Positions 12,708-24,946 of a stretch of 64,000 nt of DNA are shown here, piece by piece (position 1 is the stretch's first letter; every line of letters starts with the position of its first letter). Both the position numbers and the translations under genes were made by a program. The stretch is from Octopus sinensis (taxonomy: Eukaryota), in NCBI RefSeq assembly GCF_006345805.1, contig NC_043003.1:104594001-104658000 (forward strand), written 5' to 3'. Below the pieces are notes generated by a model. The model made no database searches, was not told the DNA's origin, and saw only the letters and a program-made list of their open reading frames with translations.

Positions 12708-13236
12708 AACTTTAAAATATTGTGTGTGTGTCCTTTGTTGTTTAAGCTGACCTCACTGTTAAAGCTTTGTTGGTTTGCTGGGCAAAAAATGGGAGATGAA
12801 GTTGCTTAGCTCCAGATCAGGAGTCTTCCTTTTCAGTGTATCTGTTGATGGATCTCCGTTGTTTGATGAGGATTACCTGCTCCGGAATTATTGTGAATGC
12901 GTATTCTATAGATACATGTACCTATTTCTTTACTACCCACAAGAGGCTAAACACAGAGAGGACAGACAAACGGATTAGGTCGATTACATCGATCCCAGTG
13001 CACATACAAGATCAAACATTTCATTCATTCAAGGTAGCATGTAAAAGCACCCACTACACTCTTGGAGTGGCTGGTATTAGGAAGGGCATCCAACTGTAGA
13101 AACTTTGCCAGATCAGATTGGAGCCTGGTACAGCCTCTGGCTCACCAGTCCTCGGTCAAACTGTCCACTTCATGCCAGCATGGAAAGCAGATGTTAAATG
13201 ATAACAATGATATATATATATATATAATAGTAATAT

Positions 13237-14188
13237 TAGGGAGTATAACTCCAAACTTACATGGAAAAATTCAATTTAGTATTAAATCAAATTTCACAGT
13301 ATAAATATATAAAATATGAATTGGAGATGAAACCTCTATTGTGCAACTCAGTGATAGACATGGACCAATACATGAATGACAAATTATATATGTTTTTGTA
13401 AAACATATAACTTATAACTGGATCTCAAGAGGTGTAGGATGAATGATCAATGTATAGTATAATAAGTAAAAACACTACGTACGTTTTATGGCAACAATTA
13501 AATTTAAATTTAATTGAAATAAATTCGATTTAAAATTATAGTCAGTCTTCAGGTTAATGATAATAGTTAAATAAATAAGCAAATAGAGTTAAACATTATT
13601 TAAGAATTAAATAAAATAATTTTTCTTATAGAAAAAAACTCCATTAACTAAAAGTTTCTAAATTATAATCAACAAATATAGTAATTAAAGATCTAAAATT
13701 TTCTCTATCAATAAATATATAGACATATAACCAAAAATAAATAAATTAGTCCATTATTACTTAAATAAATATTATAAATATCTATAGAATATATTTATGA
13801 AATACAATTTAAAAATTAAAAATGTATAACCTATCTTCAAAAAAAATGTATGACTATTTACGATCTATATACCACAGTGACTAACTAATATCTTAAAATT
13901 TACGTACATTTAATAATTGTATACTAATAATTGATGACATATCTAAATTCAAATTAACAATCAATAGTTATATAGAATACAATAAAATTTCTTAAATAAA
14001 AAAAGTTTACTTAACTCTCGAAAACCATAGTGTTTTTGCTTATTGTATTGATCATTCATTTTGTACTTTTTGAGATCTAGTTGTGGGTTGAATGTTTCGT
14101 AAAGGTATTTGTTATTTGTGTGTTGGTTTATGTCTGTCACTGAGTTGCATAGTGGTGGTTTTGTCTCTGATTTATATTTTATATATAT
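13237..14188 (+). mobile_element. AT-rich element with ~190-bp imperfect inverted arms, class unknown
   Basis: Left arm at about 13305-13480 is the reverse complement of the right arm at about 14025-14188; there is a ~65-bp unpaired 5' extension and a ~540-bp AT-rich loop. Confidence 0.8.
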
Positions 14189-14409
14189 AAGCTTAGCTGT
14201 CACTCACTCGTGAGTATCTTGGTATCCGTGCTTTCACTAGTTATTTTAGATGTCTTTGTAGTAGTTTTGAACAGGCATATACCCTGTATTAGCCCTCACA
14301 TTGTTGACCCAGAGAAGTGTGACAAATTAGGAGGGAAAGAGAGGGTGGTGGTGGCTGGTTCTCATTTTCAGCTGAGGAAACTGGAACAGTATGAAATGAG
14401 GGCCTTGCT

Positions 14410-14710
14410 GGCATGGGCTGGACAGTTTGACTGAGGACTAGCAAGCCAGGAGGCTGTGCCAGGCTCCAATCTGATCTGGCAAGATTTCTACAGCTGGATG
14501 CCCTTTCTAATGCCAACCACTCGGAGAGTATAGTGGGTGCTTTTTACGTGCCACCAGCACAGGAGCCAGAGGGGGCTGGCATCGACCACGTTCAGATAGT
14601 GCTTTTTATGTGCCAACGGCACAGGAGCCAGTTGGGATGAGGGGGCTGTCATCAACCACGTTTGGATGGTGCTTTTTACATGCCACCGGCATGGGGAGCC
14701 AGTTGGTGGT
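14410..14710 (-). mobile_element. RTE 3'-UTR-derived SINE-like element with 3 hairpin units
   Basis: Reverse copy of ggcattaggaagggcatccagctgtagaaa..., plus gtgccaccggcac repeats. Confidence 0.75.
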
Positions 14711-14730
14711 ATATATATATATGTATATAT

Positions 14731-16476
14731 ATACCCAATGACTAGCGTAGCAGCACCTTAGTCAACTGCTACAAGGGTAAAGGTGATGCTCTAGATAGAA
14801 ATAACTACAGGGGTATTAAACTGTTGGATCAGGCGATGAGGGTCATAGCCCATCTCATTAGAGAGAGAGTTTGCTTAAATGAGATGCAGTTTGGTTTTGT
14901 GCCAGGTAGAAGCACCACTGATGCCATATTCCTGGTTCGACAACTGCAGGAGAAATACCTAGCTAAAGATAAACCCCTCTACATAGCTTTCGTGGACTTG
15001 GAGAAAGCCTTTGACAGGGTTCCCCGATCCCTTATCTGGTGGGCGATGTGGAAACTGGAGATTGACGAATGTTTAATAAGGGCTATACAGAGAGGCTGTC
15101 AACAAGATAAGGATTGGCAATGAGTATAGTGAAGAATTCCGGGTAGAAGTAGGGGTCCACCAAGGTTCAGCCCTCAGTCCCCTTTTATTCATCATAGTCC
15201 TCTAGGCAATAACAGAGGAATTCAAGACTGGGAGCTCCTCTATGCTGATGACCTGGCCCTCATAGCAGAATCACTACCGGAACTAGAAAAGAAATTTTGG
15301 GTGTGGAAGCTAGGTTTAGAATCAAAAGGCCTTAGAGTAAATGTGGCAAAGACCAAAGTTATAGTAAGTAGGAAGGCAAACACACCACACACCCCTTCAG
15401 GTAGGTGGCCCTGCTCGATCTGTAGAAAAGGTGGAGGTAGAAACTCCATAAGATGTACCCAGTGTAAGCTATGGACACATAAGAGGTGCAGCACCATCAA
15501 AGGAAAATTAACTGAGAAGATAGCTTTTGTGTGCGGCAGATGCACAGGTGCAATAGACACCATTGATACTCAGAAAACGGGAAGAAACTAGTAGTTGATA
15601 GTTTCCGCTACCTAGGTGACCAAGTAGTAGTGGGGGTGGATGCTCAGAGAGTGTCACCACTAGAATAAGAATAGCCTAGGCTAAGTTCAGAAAGCTACCC
15701 CTACTGGTGACAATGGGTCTCTCACTCAGAGTGAAAAGTAGACTATGATGCATGTGTTCGAACAGCCATGCTTCACGGTAGTGAAGCATGGGCTGTGACT
15801 GCATGATCCGCTGGATGTGTAATGTCAGTGTGCATATGCAGCAGAGTGTAAGTGCCCTGAGAGAAATGCTGGACATAAGAAGCATTGGATGTGGCGTGCA
15901 AGAGAGACGTCCGTGCTGGCATGGTCATGTACTGCGGATGGATGAGGAGAGATGTGTGAAGAAGTGCCACTCCGAAACAGTTGAAGGAGTCCGGGCTAGA
16001 GGTAGACCCAGGAAGACATGGGATGAGGTGGTCACAGAGGCAATGACGGAAGACTGAGACCTCTGGAGATATGCTGTGACTGCGAAGACCCGACAAATAA
16101 TGTGAGTTCATGGCTGTTTCCTGCACCAGCTTCACATAGAAGCCCCAGCCCTTCCAAAGTGCCTTGGATCATAGGGCAACCTGCTGTGCTTGAGGAGACC
16201 TATTGAGTCAGCATAAAAAATCAAATGGAAATTGTGGTTGCGATACCTGTGCTGGTGGTGGCATGTAAAATGCACCATCCGTACGTGGCCAATGCCAGTG
16301 CCGCCTTGACTGGCTTCCATACTGGTGGCACGTAAAAAACACCCACTACACTCACGGAGTGGTTGGCATTAGGAAGGGCATCCAACTATAGAAACACTGC
16401 CAGATCAGACTGGAGCCTGGTGCAGCCTCCTGGCTTCCCAGACCCCAGTCGAACCGTCCAACCCATGGTAGCATGG
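14731..16476 (+). mobile_element. 5'-truncated RTE LINE, subfamily A, pseudogenised
   Basis: RT motifs MQFGF..STTDAIF..DLEKAFDRVP and LLYADDL; CSIC..C..C zinc finger; stops and frameshifts; 3' UTR present. Confidence 0.9.
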
Positions 16477-18675
16477 GTGAGGACCAAAGACTTGAAGTAT
16501 GTTGTGTTGCAAGACAGTGTGTGAGAGAGAATCGTGATGTGGTAGGAGAGAAATGTGTCCGTATGGATGATGGTTCACTTGCACTAAATGAGGCTGCAAT
16601 GAGAGAGGTTTGGAGACACCACTATGAAAGGTTGCTCAATAAAGAGAATGAATGGGAGAAAGAGAGTCTGCTGAATGCCAACCCAACAGAGGGACCAGCC
16701 ATCCGAATTGACAGTACCTTGGTAGTTAAAGCAATCAAGAGTATGAAGGCAGGGAAAGCCCCCCGCCCCATCAGGAGTCACTGCAGAGATGCTCAAAATA
16801 TCTGGCAGTGTCGGCTATAGCCTAGTCACCCATATAGTTAACCAGGTGATACACGAAGGAGTCATACCCAATGACTGGTGTAGCAGCACCATAGTCAACT
16901 GCTATAAAGGTAAAGGTGACGCTTTAGATACAAATAATTACAGAGGTATCAAGTAATGAAGGTCACGGAAAGGGTCATAGCCCAACTAATTAGAGAGAGA
17001 GTCAGTTTAGATGAGATGCAGTTTGGGTTTGTGCCAGGGAAAAGCACCACTATATTCCTGGTAAGACAGCTGCAGGAGAAATACCTAGCCAAAGATACAC
17101 CTCTGTACCTGGCTTTCGTTGATATGGAGAAAGCCTTCGACAGGTCCCCCGATCCCTTATCTGGTTGTCAATGAGGAAACTAGGGATAGATGAATGGTTA
17201 GTGAGAGCTGTGCGAGCCATGTACAGGGACGCTGCTAGTAAGGTGAAGGTTGGCAACGAGTAGACTGAAGAATTCAAGGTAGAGGTTGGGGTCCACCAAG
17301 GTTCAGACCTCAGCCCCCTCCTATTTATCATAGTCCTCCTGGCAATAACAGAGGAATTCAAGATAAGATGCCCCTGGGAGCTCCTCTATGCTGATGACCT
17401 TGCTCTAATTGCTGAGTCGCTATCAGAACTGGAGGAGAAGTTTCAGGTGTGGAAACAAGGATTAGAATCGAAGGGCCTTAGAGTCAACCTAGCCAAAACC
17501 AAAGTCCTAATAAGTAGGAAGGTAGACAAATCACAAACGCCTTCAGGTAGATGGCCCTGCTCGATCTGTAGAAAAGGCATAGGTAGAAACTCTATAAGGT
17601 ATACCAAGTGTAAGCTATAGACTCATAAGAGGTGCAGCAATGTCAAAGGAAGGCTAACTAGGAAGATGGTTTGTGTATGTGGCAGATGCTCAGGAACAAT
17701 AAACACTGAAAATGCTCTGAGACTTTCCAGGGAGAAAAACTAGAAATAGTTGATAGCTTCCGTTACCTAGGTGACCAAGTCAGCAGCGGGGGCGGGTGTG
17801 CTAAAAGTGTAACTGCTAGAGTAAGAATAGCTTGGGCAAAGTTCAGAGAGCTCTTACCTCTGCTGGTGACAAAAGGCCTCTCGCTCAGAGTAAAAGGCAG
17901 ATTGTATGACGCATGTGTACGAACAGCCATGCTACATGGCAGTGAAACATGGGCCGTGACTGCTGAGGATATGTGTTAGCTCGCAAGAAATGAAGCTAGT
18001 ATGCTCCGATGGATGTGTAATGTCAGTGTTCATACCCGACAGTGTAAGTGCCTTGAGAGAAAAGTTGGACCTAAGATGCATCAGATGTGGTGTGCAAGAG
18101 AGACGTATGCGCTGGTATGGTCATGTGACGAGAATGGATGAAGATAGTTGTGTGGAAAAGTGCCACACCCTAGCAGTTGAGGGAACCTGTGGAAGAGGTA
18201 GACCCAGGAAAACATGGGATGAGGTAGTGAAGCACGATTTTCGAACATTAGGTCTCACCGAGGCAATGACTAGTGACCGAGACCTTTGGAAGTATGTTGT
18301 GCGTGAGAAGACCCAGCAGGACAAGTGAGACCATAACCCCTGGCCTCTACCTGGGATGTAGCCAGTCCACTAATGCATACCTTTCCTTCTTGGGACACAA
18401 AACTCCACTTGCGAAGACCTGTTGAGGCAAGTGAAATCGAAATTGATAAAAAAAATCAATGGAAATTGCAGTTGTGATACCAGTGCCGGTGGCACGTAAA
18501 AATCACCCATACACTCACAGAGTGGTTGGCGTTAGGAAGGGCATCCAGCTGTAGAAACACTGCCAGATCAAGACTGGAGCCTGGTGCAGCCTCCTGGCTT
18601 CCCAGACCCCAGTCTAACCGTCCAACCCATGCTAGCATGGAAAATGGATGTTAAACGATGATGATGATGATGATG
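16477..18675 (+). mobile_element. 5'-truncated RTE LINE, subfamily B, with (GAT)n tail
   Basis: Runs from EDQRLEV..RENRDVVGEKC through RT (DMEKAFD, YADDL) to GRGRPRKTW..QDK*, then the 3' UTR and the gatgatgat tail. Confidence 0.92.
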
Positions 18676-19099
18676 AATGTCAATATGGCCCACAGGGCAT
18701 GCTCCTGGATTCTCAGGACTTTACAGTCTAGAAACACTCCTACCATTATCCTTCTCTTCTCTGCCTTCGCCCATCCTCACCTTGAATACTGTTGTGTGCT
18801 GCGCTCTTCCTACCAGAAAAAGTATAGAAATTGAAGCACCCTAGAGATCGATCACAAGGAAAATAGGTTTTGATTATTGGGATCATCTTGAGAAACTCCA
18901 TCTTTATTCCTTCCAATATCACCATGAGTGCTGTTTCATTTGTATGATGTGAAAAATATTCCAGCAGCACAGGAATCCACTTTAAAAATTCACCTCAACT
19001 GGGCTTGCTCTCTTTATCATCATACTAAGACACATCGGAGGAGAAGAAAAATATCCCCTAATATTTAAATGGTTCCTCGATAATTATAATAATATAATA

Positions 19100-19700
19100 A
19101 TAATGAAATTATTGTATACAGTGCACAGGTGCACCACAACTTGTCAGAAAGTGCGTATAGAGTATATGCAGTAATGTACAAATGTCTGGAAAGTGAACAA
19201 TGTATGAGTCAGATACATGCTTGTGTGTGTATGGAGGGGAGAAAATCACGTGTAGTGTTGGCGAATCTCAGAAAGCATGGAAGTTTTGAAGGATGCAGTG
19301 CTCCGACAACTAACAACTGATGCCAGCAGTTTGTTCCATGCTTCAGCAACTCTCAGCATGAAAAATGTTTCCTAAAGTCATGGGAGCTGTACTGTTTTCT
19401 GTCTTTGTAAATATGTCCACAAGTGTTAGATGGGTGGAGTTTGAAAAGGTACTCAGAGTTATTGTTTGTAAGATGGTTGATAATTTTATGGGTGTCTGCC
19501 AAGTCAGCTGCCAGACGTCGGAGTTTCAATGTGTCCATGCCCAGGGAAGTAAGGTGTTCAGAATATGGCAAATGCCTGATGGAGGGTATTCTTTTGGTTG
19601 CACGTTGCTGAACGGCTTCCAGACGATTGATATCCTGGGTAAGATAGGGGTTCCAGACCTGAATCCCAGGATATATTTCTGCAAACAACATCTACTGAAA
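19100..19700 (-). mobile_element. CR1-clade LINE 3' end
   Basis: VWNPYLTQDINRLEAVQQRATKRIP..LGMDTLKLRRLAADL is the CR1 C-terminal signature. Confidence 0.85.
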
Positions 19701-21149
19701 TGAGCTATGACACCCATAGAATGACTGAAACGAAACATCTTTAAATGTCTTTTCTAACTAATGCTATCAAGGTAGACATAGCCTGGGCCAATGCTGGCCA
19801 AAACTTATCCAAGGCAAAATCTATTACCAAGCTCTGTAGCCGTATTGACATGAGAAATATGTATTAATGCATGACTTGCACACACACACATTCAATGTAA
19901 ACAACTTTAAAATACATGCTACACCAGCCCTTCCCCTACCCTCGCCTCATCTCAAATGGATTCCTAAAATGTCAGATAATCTCTGTTAATGTTTTAATAT
20001 CTTGACATTAGTACATAAAACTGGAGAGCTATTTTAGCAAACAATTTTGTCAGTTGGGGTTATCCAAGTAAATAAATAGTCTTTTTTAAAAGGTCTTAAC
20101 TATGTAACTAGAATATTCAAATAAAAACTGATGTAATTTAATGTTAGATCCCTGCAGTAAATTTACATTAATTAGCAACTTGAGTGACACAAGAATAAAA
20201 TATTTCACAGTTGTCTGAAGTTAAAAGTTAACAATTTATGCTAGGCGCCTGAGGAATTCTTTTCATGCAGTGACTATATATCATCGTTGTCATTTAATGT
20301 CCACTTTTCCATGTTTGCAGAAAGAATTTGTTGGGTCAGATTTTCTACAGCTAGATGCCCTTCTTGTTGCCAACTCTCCCTATTTCCAAGCAAGATAGTA
20401 TGGCCAGGCAGGTTTTCCATGGAAGACAGCAGACAAACATTATTTGTATGACAATAATGTATATTTACAAACCAACACTGAATTTGAGACGATATAGTTG
20501 GGAAGCAAGCTTCTTAACCACATATTGCAAACTATGTGCTCCAGCATGGCCACAGTCAAATGACTGAAACAAGTAAAAGAGTAAAAGAGTATGGAGGCGT
20601 TAAAATGATGATGATGCAGCCATGCATATCTAAATATATCTTAGTATATGTATGCTTGCATAGTGTATGTATATGAAATGAGAATGTGCTTTCATAGACT
20701 GTATGTACTTAAGAATAGGTATGAGATATGTAAAAGTGCTAGGCTCTTTCTTCCTTTGGCTTTTTACTGTTTTCTATCTCCTGTTTTCTGTAAGTTGTGT
20801 ATCTGACCACCGTATGCAATAAGCTCATTATTATTAATAATGATTGAAGTTAATTGATTTTACCATTGACATTTAAGGGTAGACTTAATCATCATCATTT
20901 AACGTCCGTTCTCCATGCTAGCATGGGTTGGACGGTTCGACCGGGGTCTGGGAAGCCAGGAGGCTGCACCAGGCTCCAGTCTGATCTGGCAGTGTTTCTA
21001 CAGCTAGATGCCCTTCCTAACGCCAACCACTCCATGAGTGTAGTGGGTGCTTTTTACGTGCCACCTGCACAAAAAAAAAGGTGCAGGTGGCACGTAATCT
21101 AAAACATTACTACGTGGTACACTGGTAAGGTCACCAGTCTTGTGGAACC

Positions 21150-21780
21150 TAAACAGGGTCAAAGTTGCTGCTGTTCCCCCAATGATTTGACCATTAACAC
21201 GGATTCCTTATTATTTCTTCAATACTAAGCACAAAGGTCACACTGTTTATGCTGAGTGCTCCAAGCCATGTAAGTATGAAAATTGTCTGAGGCTCCAGAT
21301 GTGTGCAACTGGGCCACAAAAACCACCATATGGGCTTTGATGGACTGTAAGGCCATTTCAAGCAGATGTGTGCTGTTTTTGATCCCCATTTAATAAACTA
21401 ACTGGTGGAGGAGATGAGCTTAACTGATTTTCCTTAAAATTTAACAGAACAGTGATATGGTGTGAAAGGATGATAACAGAATCTGAACTACTGAAATAAT
21501 GGTCAGCAGTGTAAGGGTCAGTCAGTTAGGACTGGATGGTTTACTCTTCCAAACCTTCCGTAAAACACGACAGGCAGAGTTTGTAAGGTAAATCCTTTCA
21601 TCTTCATTGATATGTAGTATAACTGATAGTAAACTGGGGACATTCTTTCTTGAATAAACTGGTAAGTGAAAGGTATGAGCAACAATGTCTCTAGGGGATG
21701 AAATTGTGGTTCGAAGACATGTAAATAAAATTGTTCTTACTTGAAATTGCAATCAGGTACTGCTGGCAGAGTGATCAGTT
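21150..21780 (-). mobile_element. Degraded CR1-like LINE fragment
   Basis: Frameshifted resemblance to the ..K..PSNYRPI.LT region preceding the RT. Confidence 0.45.
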
Positions 21781-21859
21781 CTTCACTCATGTTGTCACAA
21801 CCACTCTATCTCCATGACTCGTGTCTGTTGCTGTTGAGCAAACGGTCTTCGTCCCAGAG

Positions 21860-22158
21860 CTCGTAAGATGGGAGAAGTCCGAAACGTTGGTCCTTTGCTA
21901 TTCATAAGACCCGCAGAAGAGAAAGCAGGTCAACCCCCGACACCGAGAGCATCGACGGATGGATGAATGCGCATCAAGGTTCAGCGGTTGCATAGGAAGT
22001 CGGGGACCAGAAACAGGAAGAAAGAGTGACAGAAAGTTGGGGCGAAAGAGTACAACAGGGGTCGCCACCACCCCTTGCCGGAGCCTCGTGGAGCTTTAGG
22101 TGTTTTCGCTCAATAAACACACACAACGCCCGGTCTGGGAATCGAAACCGCAATCCTC
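21860..22158 (-). mobile_element. tRNA-headed SINE, head truncated, tail type 3
   Basis: Shares the ttgtgtgtgtttattgagcgaaaacacctaaagctccacgagg body with 39114 and 50102, but has a distinct 3' part. Confidence 0.8.
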
Positions 22159-22377
22159 CATTCGCATTCTCTCCAAGATCTCTTGCATCGTCACTATCAT
22201 CTTCTCTCCCACTTTATTACACCAGTTCTCTCCTTCTGCCTTTTGAGATAGCTACATGCTGTTTGGAGTCATCCTGCAACAGGGTAGTGGCTCACCAACT
22301 ACCCAAACATTGAGAACAGCTCTCATCTATTCATATTCTGTTACAAGTCTGGGATCTCATTTTCTCTGCAAAACACA

Positions 22378-22783
22378 ACTGTTGGATCAGGTGATGAAGG
22401 TCACAGAAAGGGTCATAGCCCATCTCATTAGGGAGAGAGTTTGCTTAGATGAGATGCAGTTTGGTTTTGTGCTGGGTAGAAGCACCACTGATGCCATATT
22501 CCTGGTTCAACAACTGCAGAGAAATACCTAGCTAAAGATAAACCCCTCTACATAGCTTTCATGGACTTGGAGAAAGCCTTTGACAGGGTCCCTCAATCCC
22601 TTATGTGGTGGGCGATGAGGAAACTGGAGATTGACGAATGGTTAATAAGGGTTGTACAGGCCCTATACAGAGAGGCCGTCAGCAAGGTTAGGATTGGCAA
22701 TGAGTATAGTGAAGAATTCCGGGTAGAAGTAGGGGTCCACCAAGGTTCAGCCCTCAGTCCGCTTTTATTCATCATAGTCCTGC
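22378..22783 (+). mobile_element. RTE RT fragment, subfamily A
   Basis: Nucleotide match to 14820-15200; LLDQVMK..DLEKAFDRVP..GVHQGSALSPLLF. Confidence 0.9.
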
Positions 22784-23406
22784 AGCTGTCTTACCAGAAA
22801 TATGGCATCAGTGGTGCTTTTCCCTGGCACGAAACCAAACTGCATCTCATCCAAGTTGACTCTCTCCCTAATCAGTTGGGCTATGATCCTCTCTGTAACC
22901 TTCATTACCTGATCCAACAGCTTGATACCTCTGTAATTATTTGTATCTAGGGTGTCACCTTTACCTTTGTAGCAGTTGACTATTACACTGCTACACCAGT
23001 CATTGGGTATGATTCCTTCGTGTATCACCTGGTTAACTATACAGGTGACTACCAGATATTTTGAGCATCTCTGCAGTAATTCCTGATGGGCCAGGGGCTT
23101 TCCCTGTCTTCATGCTTCTAATTGCCTTAACTACCAAGGAACTGTCAACTTGGATAGCTGGTCCCTCTGTTGGTTCGACATTTGGCAGACTCTCTTTATC
23201 CCATTCATTCTCTTTATTCAGCAACCTTTCATAGTGGCGTCTCCAAACCTCTCTCTTTGCATCCTCATTTAGCGCAAGTGAACCATCATCCATGCGAACA
23301 CATTTCTCTCCTACCACATCACGATTCTCTCTCACACACTGTCTTGCAACACAAAATACCTCAAGTCTTTGGTCCTCACGGTGCAGAACATTGGCAAATT
23401 TTTTCT
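22778..23406 (-). mobile_element. RTE fragment, subfamily B, inverted
   Basis: KKFANVLHREDQRLEV..RENRDVVGEKC..STTDAIFLVRQLQ; matches 16477-17070 and 63530-64000. Confidence 0.9.
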
Positions 23407-23442
23407 AATAATAATAATAATTATTATTATTATTATTATTTC

Positions 23443-24113
23443 TATTAAAGGCACAAGGCCCGAAACTCTGGGGGAGGGGACTAGACAATTACATCAAGCC
23501 CAGGGTTTCACTGGTACTTAATTTATTGATCCCAAAAAGATGAAAGGTAAAGTCGACCTTGGTGGAATATGAATTGAGAATGTGAAGACAGACGAAATAT
23601 TGCTAAGCATTTCACCCGGCATACTAACGATTCTGCCAGCCCATCACCTTAGTAGTAATAGTAGTAGGTAGTAGTAGTAGTAGTAGTAATCCTTTCTACT
23701 ATAGGCACAAGGCCTGGGTTTTGTGGGGAGTCGATCACATCAAACCCAGTGTTCAACTGGTACTTAATTTATTGACCCTGAAAGGATGAAAGGCAAAGGT
23801 GACCTCTGCAGAATTGGAATTGAGAATGTGACAACAGACGACATACCACTAAGTATATTTCCTGGCATGTTAACGGTTCTGCCAGCTGGCCACTTTTAAA
23901 AATAACCCTTTCTACTAAAGGTACAAGGCCTGAAATTTGGGGGAGGGGATAGTCGATCACACTGACTCCAGTACATGACTGGTACTTAATTTATCAACCC
24001 TGAAAGAACAAAAGGCAAAGTCAACCTCGGCAGAATTTGAACTCAGAACATAAAGACGGATGAAATGCTGCTAAGCATTTTGCCCAGTGTGCTAACGATT
24101 CTGCCAGCTTGTC

Positions 24114-24145
<32 letters not shown>

Positions 24146-24835
24146 TGTTTTGTCTTGGTATAAAAGATGGGCTACAGCAAATATTCTGCTCAATACCACA
24201 GATTTGCTTGTCAGTTGTTTGACCATAACCAGTTGAGCATGTCCCTTAGTGGCTGACGATATGTGCATCTCTGATCACGAGCAGAAGTAGTGGGGGAGCA
24301 TCATAGCCATGTGTTGAGAGGGATTCTTTGGGGTTTGAATAGTTCACCTCTGGAAACATGGGTGGTTCTTTCAACATCCTTAAACAACTCTTATTCAGGG
24401 ACCGTTTGAGCAGGATGGGCTACTCAACCTGAAGAAAATTCTAACTGGGCCCCACCTGCAAGATCATGTGCTGTTTATCTTGATATGAGATCACCATGTC
24501 GCGCACATATGGTTGTGATGCATGTGCCTGGTGTACCCTTATCAGACGGGTACTCTTGATGGGTATATTGGGCTTCGTATATTTTACCCCAGTGTCACTT
24601 TGATGGCATGAACTGCTCTCTCACTCAATGATAATAATAATAATAATTTCAAATTTTGGCACAAGGCCAAAAATTTCAGGGAAAGGGAAAAGTTGATTAC
24701 ATTGGTCCCAGTAGTCCATCAACCCTGAATGGATGAAAGGCAAAGTCATCCTCAGTGAAATTAGAACTCAAAACACAAGGATGGACAAAATGCTGCTAAG
24801 CATTTTGCCTGGTGTGCTAACAATTCTGCCAGCTT
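23443..24835 (-). mobile_element. Tandem cluster of 4 related SINEs (about 23443-23650, 23688-23890, 23905-24112, 24645-24835) with a ~500-bp (AAT)n-tailed retroposon 3' end at 24147-24645
   Basis: Repeated gttctgagttcaaattc..gtcgactttgcctttcatcc..aagtaccag body, separated by (AAT)n or (TAG)n tracts. Confidence 0.8.
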
Positions 24836-24946
24836 GCAATAGTAATAGTAGTAGTAGTAGAAATAACAACAACAACAACAACAACAATTAATAAATAAAT
24901 TAACGAGAATTATACATAATTACAAACAAACAGATGCTGCTAATGT

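Noticed and set aside
13480-14020. Possible NUMT (very AT-rich)
   Set aside because: No mitochondrial gene, tRNA or rRNA was recognised, and the segment lies inside a multi-copy inverted-repeat element.
13305-14188. CpG decay as the cause of TG/CA differences between the arms
   Set aside because: The reference copy has TA at these sites in both arms, and many changes are not in a CpG context (e.g. catAA to catGG). Editing of both As at a UA/UA step gives the same TG/CA pattern. A genome-wide consensus is still needed to exclude it fully.
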